From positions 1-64,000 of the forward strand of contig JAUCBJ010009039.1 in assembly GCA_032718475.1 (NCBI GenBank): 64,000 bases of DNA, in the 5' to 3' direction. The notes under the pieces are model-generated. The model was given only the letters and a program-made list of their open reading frames with translations. It did no database searches and was not told the origin of the DNA. A program made the position numbers and the translations under genes. Below, piece after piece: positions 47,501 through 59,819 of this stretch (positions are counted from its first letter, which is position 1; each line of letters opens with the position of its first letter). This stretch comes from Nemertoderma westbladi. Taxonomy: Eukaryota > Animalia > Xenacoelomorpha.

Positions 47501-50500
47501 TAGCAATGTTCTTAACGTTGGGATTTTACTGGAAGTTATTAATACCATAGTTTACCCCAAAAAAACTAAAATTACCCAAATCGCACCAAATCAAAATAAA
47601 TCTTATAACAGCAACACGGGCTATCTGACGATATGGATTAGATCAATGTAGCGGATAGTGACCATTGAAGGGCTTCTTATGCATGCAAAGGAAAATATGA
47701 TCAGACCCAAATCACACAGTCAGACCTGATCTTTTGCTGATCAAATACCGGTAGGTGACTTTGCTGATATGCAGTAACATTTTACAGTACAATTTGATGC
47801 GAAAATGTTTTGGCCAGTACTCTGAACCTTCCATTGGGGTCTCAGGTCACGCGCGTACCGTGGTCACTGTATCTGGCACCTGATTGGCTCAAATATTCAA
47901 ACGCTGAAAACTTACCTAGGCCTTGACAATTAGTGATAAGATTTTATGCGAATATGTTTTGGATGGTGTTCTGAATCTCGCGTTGAGGTCCCAAGTCACC
48001 CCCATACCGTGGTCATCAGATACGGCGCCTGATTGGCTAATGATTTGAACGACGATAACTCGAGTTTGCTTCACTTTGGGATGAAGTTTGAAAGCTAATA
48101 ATATTCTCTGGAGTATGCCCTAACTCACTGACGATGTTTTATAGCTGTTGGATTGTCGGGTTTTGCTACGTGGTCTATGATTGGTTAATTTTTTGAAAGG
48201 CTATATCTCAAGAAGTATTCACTTTGGAATGATGAAGTTTATTTTAAATGTTCTCTAGAGTGTTTCCGATCCTACTAAAGACATCCAATTGCTGTATGAC
48301 TACCAGTTTCACGCTTTTGATTGTTTGAATATGCATGAAAATTTTGCATATAATATATCAAGAAGAATTAATTTTTGCACAAAGGAAATAATACTTACAA
48401 TGCTCTCTGACATGTCTGGTGTATTTTAAAATCACTGGGGTTGAACAATTGTAATTGGAATACACCTTCATGGGTTTTCTTTATGATTTTAGAGCTTTAA
48501 AAGTTCAATATTAAATTTTTTATTAGATAATTATTTTTGTGTTATTTGTTAATATGAGTATATTTCTGTATTTGCTGGTATTATATTTTGGGTGTTTTTT
48601 TTGTTATTAGTTTTGGTATTAATTATTTTTTATTAATCCAGGGAATATCCCTATTAACTCTGGGTCCTCACTCGTTAATTCAGGGACCACCCCGATAGCT
48701 CTGGGTCCACCCTCGTCTCGTTAATTCAGAACCACCTTTGTCAATTCAACAAATTTGAATAATTTTTTTTATTAGGTTTTCCAAGGTGCTGAATTAATTG
48801 ATTGAAGATGGTTTTAAATGGCCTGCTTTTATTGTAATTCCATTTCGTGTGATGTGTTTCGTGCCACAAATTTTTGAAGTATAAATAATAATTTAATAAT
48901 ATGGTAGGCCTACATGTAGGGCAGATATAGTGGAGGTTCTTTTGGCAGATAGGCCTAGTCAAAACGTTACATCAGATGCAGAATTTTAGTCAAAACGTAC
49001 CCTATCTTCATATATGGTAGTTGAATATTGTGAATACAGGAATACCCAAGTACTTCTGTAGGCCTACTAATGTACATGCACAAGTAATATAAATTGGGGG
49101 GGTCTATGCGCCTGTCGATTCATACGAATCGACAGGCGCAACAAAAGTATTTGGAATATTATGCCCATGTATACTTATATATGTAAGCCTTCAAGTATAA
49201 ACAAAACTGACCTTAACAAAATCAAGGTAGGCATTTGTTATTTTCTATCAGCAATATGGGCTTTAACTTTTAACTTTACATGGGATTAATAATACTGTAA
49301 TATTCTAGAACAATACCACATGGCCAACGCCGTCGGCCATGCGCTCGCACGGCGCAAATGCTCCATTTGCGCTCTCCACCTGGATTTATGCTTAGATTAA
49401 TTAGGTAGGCTAAATGAGTTGCTATAATAGGTGCGGCTAATTTAACAAGGTGTACAGGGAAATCGTCATTGGATGAAGCACTGTCGCGTAAAGTAAGTAA
49501 ATTGTAGTGTACCTCTACAGCGGAAGTTTCTGTGAGTACAAGAGAGTTAGATTTAGAATGTTGAATATGTCGAGTCGGGCTGCGTGATGTGGTTGGCAGT
49601 TTAGAAGCTAATTTTGGTCCTATGGTAGAAAAGAAATCGTTAAAGTGGTTAGCTATATCAGATGAGGAAGTCACACTATAATTAGAACCGTTGTTAGATA
49701 TATTTAAACGTTTTGGAACAGAAGATTTACTAGATCGGTTAAGTAGATTATTAATAGTTTTCCAGGTTTTGCGCATATTATTTGAATTATTTGTAAACTC
49801 CGAAGTATAATATTGTTTCTCGGCAGACCTAAGTAGACTAGTTAGCTTGTTACGGTATAATTTAAAGATGTTGTGATTTTCAGTGGTTGGGTGTTTGACG
49901 GACTTTGCGTAAAGTAAGTTCTTTTTGCGGATCGCCAATAGTAAACCATTGGATAACCACGGTTTTTTAGAGACTGACTTTTTATTAAGTGCCTTGCGTG
50001 GTAGATTTGTGGTACAAGTAGCCGTAAATTCTGAGTAGAAGTTATCGAATTTGTCTTTATCAGAAACTGGTACAGTCGAAGTTTTGTAAGTCCACTGCTT
50101 ATTGTACAGGTCTTTCAGAAATTTGGTTTTATCGAATTGGCTATAGTCATACACATATTTGGTCTCCGGAGGTCGGAAAAAAGTAGAATAGTTAGAAAGA
50201 ACGAGAAAAGTTGCTAGATGATCGGATGTGCCAGTTTCAGTTAGGAAGACACCCGGGGAGCAAATAGATGAATGGATATTACAGTAGTAATAACGTGGTC
50301 AATGAGGGTCTTGGAGTGAGTAGTTATACGGGTTGGTTGCTGTATTGTTTGGGTAAAACCGTTAGATGAAATTATATTTAGATAGTCTCGGGCATTGGGT
50401 TTGGTTGACTTTATGAGGTCTATATTTATATCACCGGTAATAATTACATCATGTTTAGTAGCTGCCAGTTTTGTTAAGGAGTCATTTAGTTTAGTAGCAA

Positions 50501-51300
50501 ATGAGTCGTAAGATATTTCGTCGGGGCGATAGATACAACCTATAATTAGTGGTCTACTCGGATGTGGACGAGAAATTTCTACCCAGGAGTTTTCCGGACC
50601 AGGAAAGTGTAGATCAGGACGTTCGACCATCTCCAGTTCACTCCGGACATAGATCGCTGTGCCTCCCCTGGTCAGCTTACCATACTCCCGGAAGTCACAT
50701 ACAGGGTTCTTATAACCATCAATGCATATGTTGTTAATGGGGTGGTCCTTAGTGAGGAAAGTTTCGGAAAATGACAAAATATCGAATTTGTTATTGAGCG
50801 TTGATAAGAAATCTGTAACTGCCGTAAAATTTGAATTTAGACTCCTGCAATTTAAATGAAAGACAGAGAAAGATGGGTTGGTAGTCTCACTAGTGAAAGT
50901 GTTGTTAAATTTTGCTTCATTGTAATAGTTGCCAATAATTAAGTTTGAATTAACATTATCATCGGGATTAATAGAACTAAATATGTTGCCAGTAGCTTTA
51001 TAATCAGAATCTGAAATGTCCTCGCTATTTTCAGAACAGAATATATCAAGGTCATCATTAGATACAGGGTAAAAAGGAAATATACCTGCGTAACAAAAAT
51101 TACAAAAATGTATTAGATTGTTCCCAGAGTTATTTGAAAAATCCTGGGCATCTAAGAATGAACCACATTGTCGATGGTAGTGCGTATTGCATAAGTTACA
51201 GAGGAATACTAGATCAAAATGATAAAATTTAGAAAAACAGAAACCACAATTACAGTCAACACGGTCAGGGGGTGGGTTGTATCGCTGGCCGGACATGCAA
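44527..51300 (-). mobile_element. CR1-clade (CR1/L2/Daphne-like) LINE: PHD-like finger, APE endonuclease and RT, split by a 3-kb insertion
   Basis: 50241-51296: CxxC...CxxC-x4-H-x2-C...CxxC, HLNCRSL, FSETFL, GCIYRP, TGDINID, TLIDH, with SDH in a shifted frame (frameshift near 50260). 49383-50154: linker. 44929-46310: YRPISLL, DLKKAFD, PQGSVLGP, FADD, YLG. 3' AATAAA plus (AACTCA)n tail. Confidence 0.93.
46311..49382. mobile_element. Composite non-coding insertion inside the CR1 ORF
   Basis: GAT duplicated at 46308-46310 and 49383-49385; removing the insert restores LINLSIN-QGHFPNSIK; GGAGAGC/GCTCTCC near the ends; internal ~150-bp direct repeat (47259-47406 and 48901-49053). Confidence 0.8.
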
Positions 51301-51929
51301 TTTGTACAGGGACTTGCCTAGACTAGGAGGACTTCTGCCTGACAAACTAACCCAACACGGGTGCTTAGATCGTGGCTTTTCCAGTTAACATTATTCCATT
51401 TTGTATAAAACAAGTGATGTGGTTGTAGAAACCTGCTAGGGACTGCTACTAAGCAGAAACCAATCACGTTAATCCTGTTTAACACAGAGAGTCAATGAGA
51501 ATGGAATATTGCTAACATGAAAAAGTTCAGGTTGACATTATTCCAAAGTAATCAGATATTACAGCAATTAAGCTGCTACCTGCTAGTGTTAGTCAGTTAG
51601 TAATCGAGTAAGCCATATAATATTATATGGTCTGATGGTACAATACCAGGCATAATATATGCATAGATGCAAGAAAAAAAAACGTATGTACTGTAGTTTA
51701 AGTGGATTAGTTTAATTACAATGATGTAAACTGTAAATGAAATATTTATAGTTAAGTCCGGTTTAGTAATAAACATACTGTACTTATACAATATCTCATT
51801 GAAGTACTTGCCACGTAGTAATATTCAATGTGGGCAAAATGCAGGTCTCACATATCAGTTCATCACCCCGAATCTCGTGTTGCGTTTTATTCACACAACT
51901 TTTATGATACCAACCACTTCGTGCAAACG

Positions 51930-52136
51930 GGGTGTATGTACGCCGTACGTGCAGCCAACGCCGACAACCATTATTAAAGCTAATTAATGTTATTTATTAA
52001 TTGAGGGAAAGGAACAGGTTACAGTGGAAGGTTAGTCTAACCAAAAACTATAAACGAGAGTTACGAACTCAGGTTACATTTTCATATTTGCTGTTGTCGG
52101 CAGTGGTTGCCGGTTGTCGGCGTAGTGTTTACACCC
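51930..52136. mobile_element. Mutator-like MITE with 9-bp TSD
   Basis: GGGTGTA...TACACCC termini, inner ACGCCGACAACC/GGTTGTCGGCGT; TSD GTGCAAACG at 51921-51929 and 52137-52145. Confidence 0.85.
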
Positions 52137-52389
52137 GTGCAAACGCTACATACTATCCATTCAATTGGTCCAAGGTCTGTCTGTAGCATTCCCGAAACGC
52201 GAGTAGCAAAAAGAACAATGCTGGCAGGCTGGACAACGTGGAAATGGTTTAGTTTCGCTGTTGGTTCTCCTTTTATCAATTTTTTGTTTGTGTCTCGATA
52301 ACACAGAGGTTGTTGTGTACTTATTATCGCATAAATTACACTCCACTACTTTTTTAATCGTCTCATTACTGTTCCCATGCTGCCATGCA

Positions 52390-53282
52390 CAGTGGCGGAT
52401 CTAGGAATTTATGAAGGGGGGGGGGGGGGCCACATTTTATAAATACCGTACACATAATCCTCTTATAGCCAGCATAATCTAAACCCCCCCCCCCCCCCCC
52501 CCCCCCCAGAAAAAAAAATCTAAATATAATGCAATTAAAAGGAAAAACATAAACCCCACCGGCACTGCCATCACAAAGATATTTTCAATAAAAATAATAG
52601 AAGTCTATTTTTTTATTCTATCTCATTCAATTTATAATCACTATAGGGGATATTTATTTTATAATAAGTATAAAGGATATTACAAATCTTACTGGTAAAC
52701 ACACCTAAGTAAAATATTACAAATCTTACTGGTAAACAAAAAAGCTACTTAATCATCTTATATTACATTGGTATATTGAACACTGTCAGTGTCAGACTGT
52801 TTGAACACAGGTGGAGTCAAAGTGTACGTACACTGTACCCACAGTGCTGAATAGCAGCGACAGTGAGGCACCGCACCCTCCTGGTAGGTCAATTAGGCTC
52901 CCCTTCCTTCCCTTATGTTCAAGTTACAAGGCCATATTTAAAGACTACTTTATGGTAGAGATGGGGGGGGGGGGGGGGGGGGCATTATTGGTGATGTGGC
53001 TGAGCGATACAACATTTAGATGGAGTCTTTAGTCTTTATTACCTTTCCTTGGCCACCCATATGCCTGTGCTGGGATAATATGAATTATTCTATCTGGTCC
53101 GGCTGCTAATGTAACTAAAAACATACAGACTTATTTCAGTATTTTGCTTTGCTGGAAAGGCAAAGTAGACTAAATTCTAAATTAATCTGATATCATTTAA
53201 TGAAATTAAATTACGGCCCTGTCAACATTTTTTCAAAGGGGGGGCCATGGCCCAATGGCCCCCCCCCCTAAATCCGCCACTG
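52390..53282. mobile_element. hAT-type MITE with 8-bp TSD
   Basis: TIR CAGTGGCGGATYTAGG; TSD GCCATGCA at 52382-52389 and 53283-53290. Confidence 0.9.
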
Positions 53283-54757
53283 GCCATGCAACTACTGTAC
53301 CATGAGAAAGAATAAGGCCCCTTTAAGGCTTAAAGTATTGAATTAACAAAACCTGATATCTATCTTAATAATTAGCTTTGCTGTACCTACTGTCAGACTG
53401 TTCTTCTGCCTGACGCCTGAATGCTTCGGTATAACTTGTATAATGAAACAGACAAGGCCAGTCTCAAGGGTAGGTGTAAGCGTAGGGCTTAATAGAATAG
53501 TGTATACAGATACTGAGATATGGAATAATGTTAACCTGAACTTTTTCATGTTAGCAATATTACATTCTCATTGACTCAGTGTTAAACGGGATTAACGCGG
53601 ATTTCTAAGTGTTTTCCCACCAGACAAGTGTTTTAGGCACATGCGTTTTTTAGCATTTCAGTGACTCCCAAACCGGAAATTCCCCGGCAGTTTGGTGTGT
53701 TATGACAATGCAGTACATCAGCTTGGAGTCAGGCAGAAACTGGTGCAGTGATGATGTACAGTAATCTATCCATCTTGCGATGCTATGACGACGGCACCGA
53801 CGAATCTCTGCGCTTGCCTTCCAGCGTTAGCATAGCTCATTCTTTTTAGCACAAGTCGAAATGATGCGTCGAACGTGTTCGGCGAATTTATATAACTTTC
53901 AAAAGGGGACCCCCTTCTTACTACAACTTCACAACGCATTCAGATCAGAATCATTCAAAAGTCCAATGTCAACCCAGCCCAAGAACATGTTGTAGTACCA
54001 AACCACCGCAGTCCTCCTACCTCTGACAGTCTGACAACGTACAGTATTCCAGTAATGATGCTTAACTTGCCATTCACTAACTATAATTAGTTAATGGTGT
54101 TAAATTAAATTAATATCTAAAAATTAGTGCCTAGAAGTAAAAATTTTACTGTAAACTGTGTTCCTAAATTAGTTTATTGTTTAGGTTAGAAAAATGCCAT
54201 GCCATTAGAACCTGCTACTTCCTTTAAAAGGTACCTTAAACTGTTAAATGGTGAATATCGAAATTAAATATTCGCGAAATTAAGTTAATATGTTAAAATA
54301 GTATGAAACGGCACCCCAATTGGTAATATGCTTATATAGGGTTACATGATAGTTTTGATTTAAATAGGATTGAGGCTTAGCGACCTTTAATAAAGGTCGC
54401 TATTGGTTGAGGTCGCCACTACCGGTACTGCAGTAGGCCTACTGTTGTAACAAGCGAATTTCATACATCAGTCTGGCACTGGCAGTACAGCAGTACAGTA
54501 TCAAGTATGCTGTATAAAAATCCCTGACTGGCTGACTGGAAGTGGGTGGAGGGCCCTCGCAGCCCTGAAACCTATTATTACCAATTGTACTGCTGTAATA
54601 GGCTTCCCGGTACCGTACCGTAAACGAAACTGTATTTCCATTTCGTAATTTAAGGCTAAGGGAAAGGCTGAAAGGAGCAGGTTACACTGGTTACATTCAG
54701 ACACTTCGGCACTTACTGAGGGTGCAGACTGTGGACTGTGGTTTCCCAGTGGTGAAT

Positions 54758-55480
54758 ATGTCGTACATGCTCGGAGCCGGACGCAGATTACCTGATTTCT
54801 CAATCACCTACCTAGCTCCAGATTATATTAGGTGCAAAGTCAAACATTCACATAATGTATTAATTACGGGGGATTCTCATATTACAACTTTGGTTAATGA
54901 ATATATGGAAAATTCTGACACTGCGAAAAAGCATTATCACAAGGACAGAGATACCTACATAGAAGACCTTGGTATATTACCAACTGGAAGCATTACCTAT
55001 CATCTAACGAAGTCAAAAGATATTTACAAACCAACTTACGAGGATTTCCATGAAGTTATTGATACATTTAGCAAAGCGCTTACCAAACCATGTGTTACTT
55101 TTATATCTCTTGGTGGAAACGATCTATGTAGACATTCATTTCAAGATACGAAATATGGCCTTAAAAGTGTGATTACTGACTTTTATCATTCAACAGGATC
55201 TAAAATTATATTGATCGAAGCATTTCCGAGGGTAAATAATTGTCCCTCCGACTATTCCGCCAATAGGATCGCTTTGAACATGTTTATGAGGAGGTGGTTA
55301 GTAGAATCGCACCTTGGTTCAATCCTCAGTGTCAAGGGATTGTCGTTGTCCTCATCAGAGGAAAAATCCAAGTTACCGGTACTGAAAGAGGATGGAGTGA
55401 ACCTGAATGCGAGAGGACAAAAAAGGTTATACCACGCGATTAGAAAATCAACACAGGTTGCTCTAAATCAATTAATTTAA
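54758..55480 (+). CDS. Intronless SGNH/GDSL-esterase-like protein, probably carried by a mobile element
   Basis: Blocks VLITGDSH, FISLGGNDL and DGVNLNARG (the His of DxxH is replaced by Asn); first ATG at 54758. Confidence 0.75.
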   Translation: MSYMLGAGRRLPDFSITYLAPDYIRCKVKHSHNVLITGDSHITTLVNEYMENSDTAKKHYHKDRDTYIEDLGILPTGSITYHLTKSKDIYKPTYEDFHEVIDTFSKALTKPCVTFISLGGNDLCRHSFQDTKYGLKSVITDFYHSTGSKIILIEAFPRVNNCPSDYSANRIALNMFMRRWLVESHLGSILSVKGLSLSSSEEKSKLPVLKEDGVNLNARGQKRLYHAIRKSTQVALNQLI

Positions 55481-55710
55481 TCAAATTGCGTTGGAGACAT
55501 TGGTGAGTTCCGATCGTCGAGCCACGAGGAGAAGATAGAAGTGGTTTAAAGGAAACTCAACTTTTAGTGGCGAAAGTCGGGGTTTTCCGGGGCTACTAAC
55601 TAGCAGTGAATCTCGACGAAAGATAAACCCGCAGTGACGAGGGAACTCCGTCGTCGGCGAGTAAACGACAGCGTCCAGTCGATGGGCTCCGCGGATAAAC
55701 TCCGACGAAA

Positions 55711-58071
55711 CAGATCCCGAACCTTATAAACTAACAGAGATCCCGAACCTTATAAACTAACAGAGACCCCGAACCTTATAAACTAACAGAGATCCCGAAC
55801 CTTATAAACTAATAGAGATCCCGAACCTTATAAACTAACAGAGACCCCGAACCTTATAAACTAACAGAGACCCCGAACCTTATAAACTAATAGAGATCCC
55901 GAACCTTATAAACTAACAGAGATCCCGAACCTTATAAACTAACAGAGATCCCGAACCTTATAAACTAACAGACATCCCGAACCTTATAAACTAACAGAGA
56001 CCCCGAACCTTATAAACTAACAGAGACCCCGAACCTTATAAACTAACAGAGATCCCGATCCTTATAAACTAACAGAGATCCCGAACCTTATAAACTAATA
56101 GAGATCCCGAACCTTATAAACTAACAGAGACCCCGAACCTTATAAACTAACAGAGATCCCGAACCTTATAAACTAACAGAGACCCCGAACCTTATAAACT
56201 AACAGAGATCCCGAACCTTATAAACTAACAGAGATCCCGAACCTTATAAACTAACAGAGATCCCGAACCTTATAAACTAACAGAGATCCCGAACCTTATA
56301 AACTAATAGAGATCCCGAACCTTATAAACTAACAGAGATCCCGAACCTTATAAACTAACAGAGATCCCGAACCTTATAAACTAACAGAGATCCCGAACCT
56401 TATAAACTAATAGAGATCCCGAACCTTATAAACTAACAGAGACCCCGAACCTTATAAACTAACAGAGATCCCGAACCTTATAAACTAACAGAGATCCCGA
56501 ACCTTATAAACTAACAGAGACCCCGAACCTTATAAACTAACAGAGACCCCGAACCTTATAAACTAACAGAGACCCCGAACCTTATAAACTAACAGAGATC
56601 CCGAACCTTATAAACTAACAGAGATCCCGAACCTTATAAACTAATAGAGATCCCGAACCTTATAAACTAACAGAGATCCCGAACCTTATAAACTAACAGA
56701 GACCCCGAACCTTATAAACTAACAGAGATCCCGAACCTTATAAACTAACAGAGATCCCGAACCTTATAAACTAACAGAGACCCCGAACCTTATAAACTAA
56801 TAGAGATCCCGAACCTTATAAACTAACAGAGATCCCGAACCTTATAAACTAACAGAGATCCCGAACCTTATAAACTAACAGAGATCCCGAACCTTATAAA
56901 CTAACAGAGATCCCGAACCTTATAAACTAATAGAGATCCCGAACCTTATAAACTAACAGAGATCCCGAACCTTATAAACTAACAGAGATCCCGAACCTTA
57001 TAAACTAACAGAGACCCCGAACCTTATAAACTAACAGAGATCCCGAACCTTATAAACTAACAGAGACCCCGAACCTTATAAACTAACAGAGATCCCGAAC
57101 CTTATAAACTAACAGAGATCCCGAACCTTATAAACTAACAGAGATCCCGAACCTTATAAACTAACAGAGATCCCGAACCTTATAAACTAATAGAGATCCC
57201 GAACCTTATAAACTAACAGAGATCCCGAACCTTATAAACTAACAGAGATCCCGAACCTTATAAACTAACAGAGATCCCGAACCTTATAAACTAACAGAGA
57301 CCCCGAACCTTATAAACTAACAGAGACCCCGAACCTTATAAACTAACAGAGACCCCGAACCTTATAAACTAACAGAGATCCCGAACCTTATAAACTAACA
57401 GAGATCCCGAACCTTATAAACTAACAGAGACCCCGAACCTTATAAACTAATAGAGATCCCGAACCTTATAAACTAACAGAGATCCCGAACCTTATAAACT
57501 AACAGAGATCCCGAACCTTATAAACTAACAGAGATCCCGAACCGTATAAACTAACAGAGATCCCGAACCTTATAAACTAATAGAGATCCCGAACCTTATA
57601 AACTAACAGAGATCCCGAACCTTATAAACTAACAGAGATCCCGAACCTTATAAACTAACAGAGACCCCGAACCTTATAAACTAACAGAGATCCCGAACCT
57701 TATAAACTAACAGAGACCCCGAACCTTATAAACTAACAGAGATCCCGAACCTTATAAACTAACAGAGATCCCGAACCTTATAAACTAACAGAGATCCCGA
57801 ACCTTATAAACTAACAGAGACCCCGAACCTTATAAACTAACAGAGACCCCGAACCTTATAAACTTACAGAGATCCCGAACCTTATAAACTAACAGAGATC
57901 CCGAACCTTATAAACTAACAGAGACCCCGAACCTTATAAACTAACAGAGATCCCGAACCTTATAAACTAACAGAGACCCCGAACCTTATAAACTAACAGA
58001 GACCCCGAACCTTATAAACTAACAGAGACCCCGAACCTTATAAACTAACAGAGATCCCGAACCTTATAAAC
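55711..58071. repeat. 26-bp minisatellite (TAACAGAGAYCCCGAACCTTATAAAC), about 90 copies
   Basis: Seen directly; very homogeneous. Confidence 0.97.
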
Positions 58072-59339
58072 AATTAGTTCTGACGACGATAAGGTGAGGG
58101 TCTCCGGTGAATCAGGAGAAAAAAGAAACCCGTCCTTTGACTCTGGAAGGCCTGATAGTAATAATAATATGTCCCCTTTGTTCGGTGGATTATGATTAAG
58201 TACTACTGTAATTGAGTTTACGTTCATTTATTTCAATTAAAATATTAACTTTCTTCCTTCGAAAACATCGGCCATTTTTAACTATCTTAACCGCAGAAAT
58301 TGAAAAATAAAACCCCATCGAATTTGGACCAAGCGTTACGGAGTTATATAAAAAAAATTTACTCCCCCTGTCGCCAAAAAATAAGGCAAACTAAAAATTG
58401 TGAAAAAAAAATGTTTTGCGTTATTTTTGATAGGGAATTGATTGGCAGTATACTAGCTTCGAAAATGTTTTTTTAATTTTTGGTCATCACATAAGCCAAT
58501 TTTTATTGTGAACAGCTGTCAATGAATAGAGTCGATCTTACCTCAAGCCAATTTCACTTACTAATTTAGTATCAAATGAATATATTTCTTTCAATGATTC
58601 TACTTTTGGTTATATCACAAACATTAATAATAAAATAAACATTGCAGTCGCGAGTGGAGTTGAGGTTGATTCAAACAAAGTTATTGTTTCCACGAGAGAT
58701 TCACTTTTACGCACAAGGAATGAACTGCTTAAAATTTCATGGCTCGATTCATCTAACGAAGACCCTGCATGCATCTCTCACGAAGAGGTTGACTATGAAG
58801 AAATAATTTCAGAACGAATAAAGATTTATACTGCCTATAACTGTGACACATTAGAAATTTCCGATCGACGCGATGCCTATGCATTCTCTATTGATGATAC
58901 AGATTGCGCGCGGGAAGCACTTTCCAAACTACAATCACTAACTAATGAGAATGATTACTTACCAAAGCAACTAACACTTCCTAGTCACCAGTGTCTATGA
59001 AAGGAGAGCCACCACAAAGTCAGAAAAGTTGGTTATTAATTGTCGAGATCCTATTATGTGGAACTCTCGTACAGTATTTGCACGAGCAGGACGATGCTGA
59101 TGAAATTTATTTGTTTGTTTGACTTCCTTTTATATTAGTATTAGGACTATTTATCCACAATAATTATTACTATTAGGTCTATTTATTCATGAAATTTCTA
59201 TAATATATTTCAGAAGATTACTCGACTAAGAAATATTTTTTAAAACTTTAAATAAGGGTTAAGTTATATTGTAAAGTTAAGTAAAGTCGAAGAAGAATTG
59301 TAAATAATTAATATAAAATAAAATAATAAATAAAATGTA

Positions 59340-59819
59340 AAGAATTGTAAAGTCGATATTTATGATATTATCGACCATGAAAGTGAAATTTGTATAGAAA
59401 CTCGTCAAGGACTCGTGTATATAGCTGGGTATATATCCAAGAAAATGCCGCAATTACATTATTATCTCAGAGATATCGATAGTTGCGAAGAATTTAAGGA
59501 ATATGGTCAATTGATACGTCACGTTGATCGTGGTGGTTTAATAGAGCCTACAGACTGTTTGGTGTATCTGACTATATATTGTTATTTGTCATTTATAATC
59601 CAGCAAGACATCAACCCATTGTGTAAAATTGCTTACAAGAGATACTTCGATGAGGTGAATCATTGGTCAAACCTGATCCCTTATCATTGTATTAACCACT
59701 GCTCCATCATTCTGGCGAATATTTTTCTCAACAACTGCAGTCAGAAGCGTTCAGCTGATATAGCCAGTAAAGAGCACCTGCTTAAGGTCGCTAAACAATC
59801 AACATCAAATACTGTATAA
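59340..59819 (+). pseudogene. P-element/THAP9-like transposase C-terminal remnant
   Basis: LVYIAGYISKK...VDRGGLIEP...NIFLNN resembles the C-terminal region of P-element-family transposases; catalytic core not seen; an ATG-less open frame at about 58530-59000 may belong to it. Confidence 0.7.

Noticed and set aside
51260-51300. 2A-like peptide at the start of the LINE ORF (SGQRYNPPP)
   Set aside because: Lacks the D-V/I-E-x-NPGP consensus
1680-52982. Many long poly-G/poly-C tracts
   Set aside because: Mostly subterminal parts of MITEs; homopolymer lengths are unreliable in assemblies
55711-58071. CRISPR-like regular array (also considered for the 64-bp and 56-bp arrays)
   Set aside because: Head-to-tail repeats without unique spacers, no cas genes, eukaryotic context
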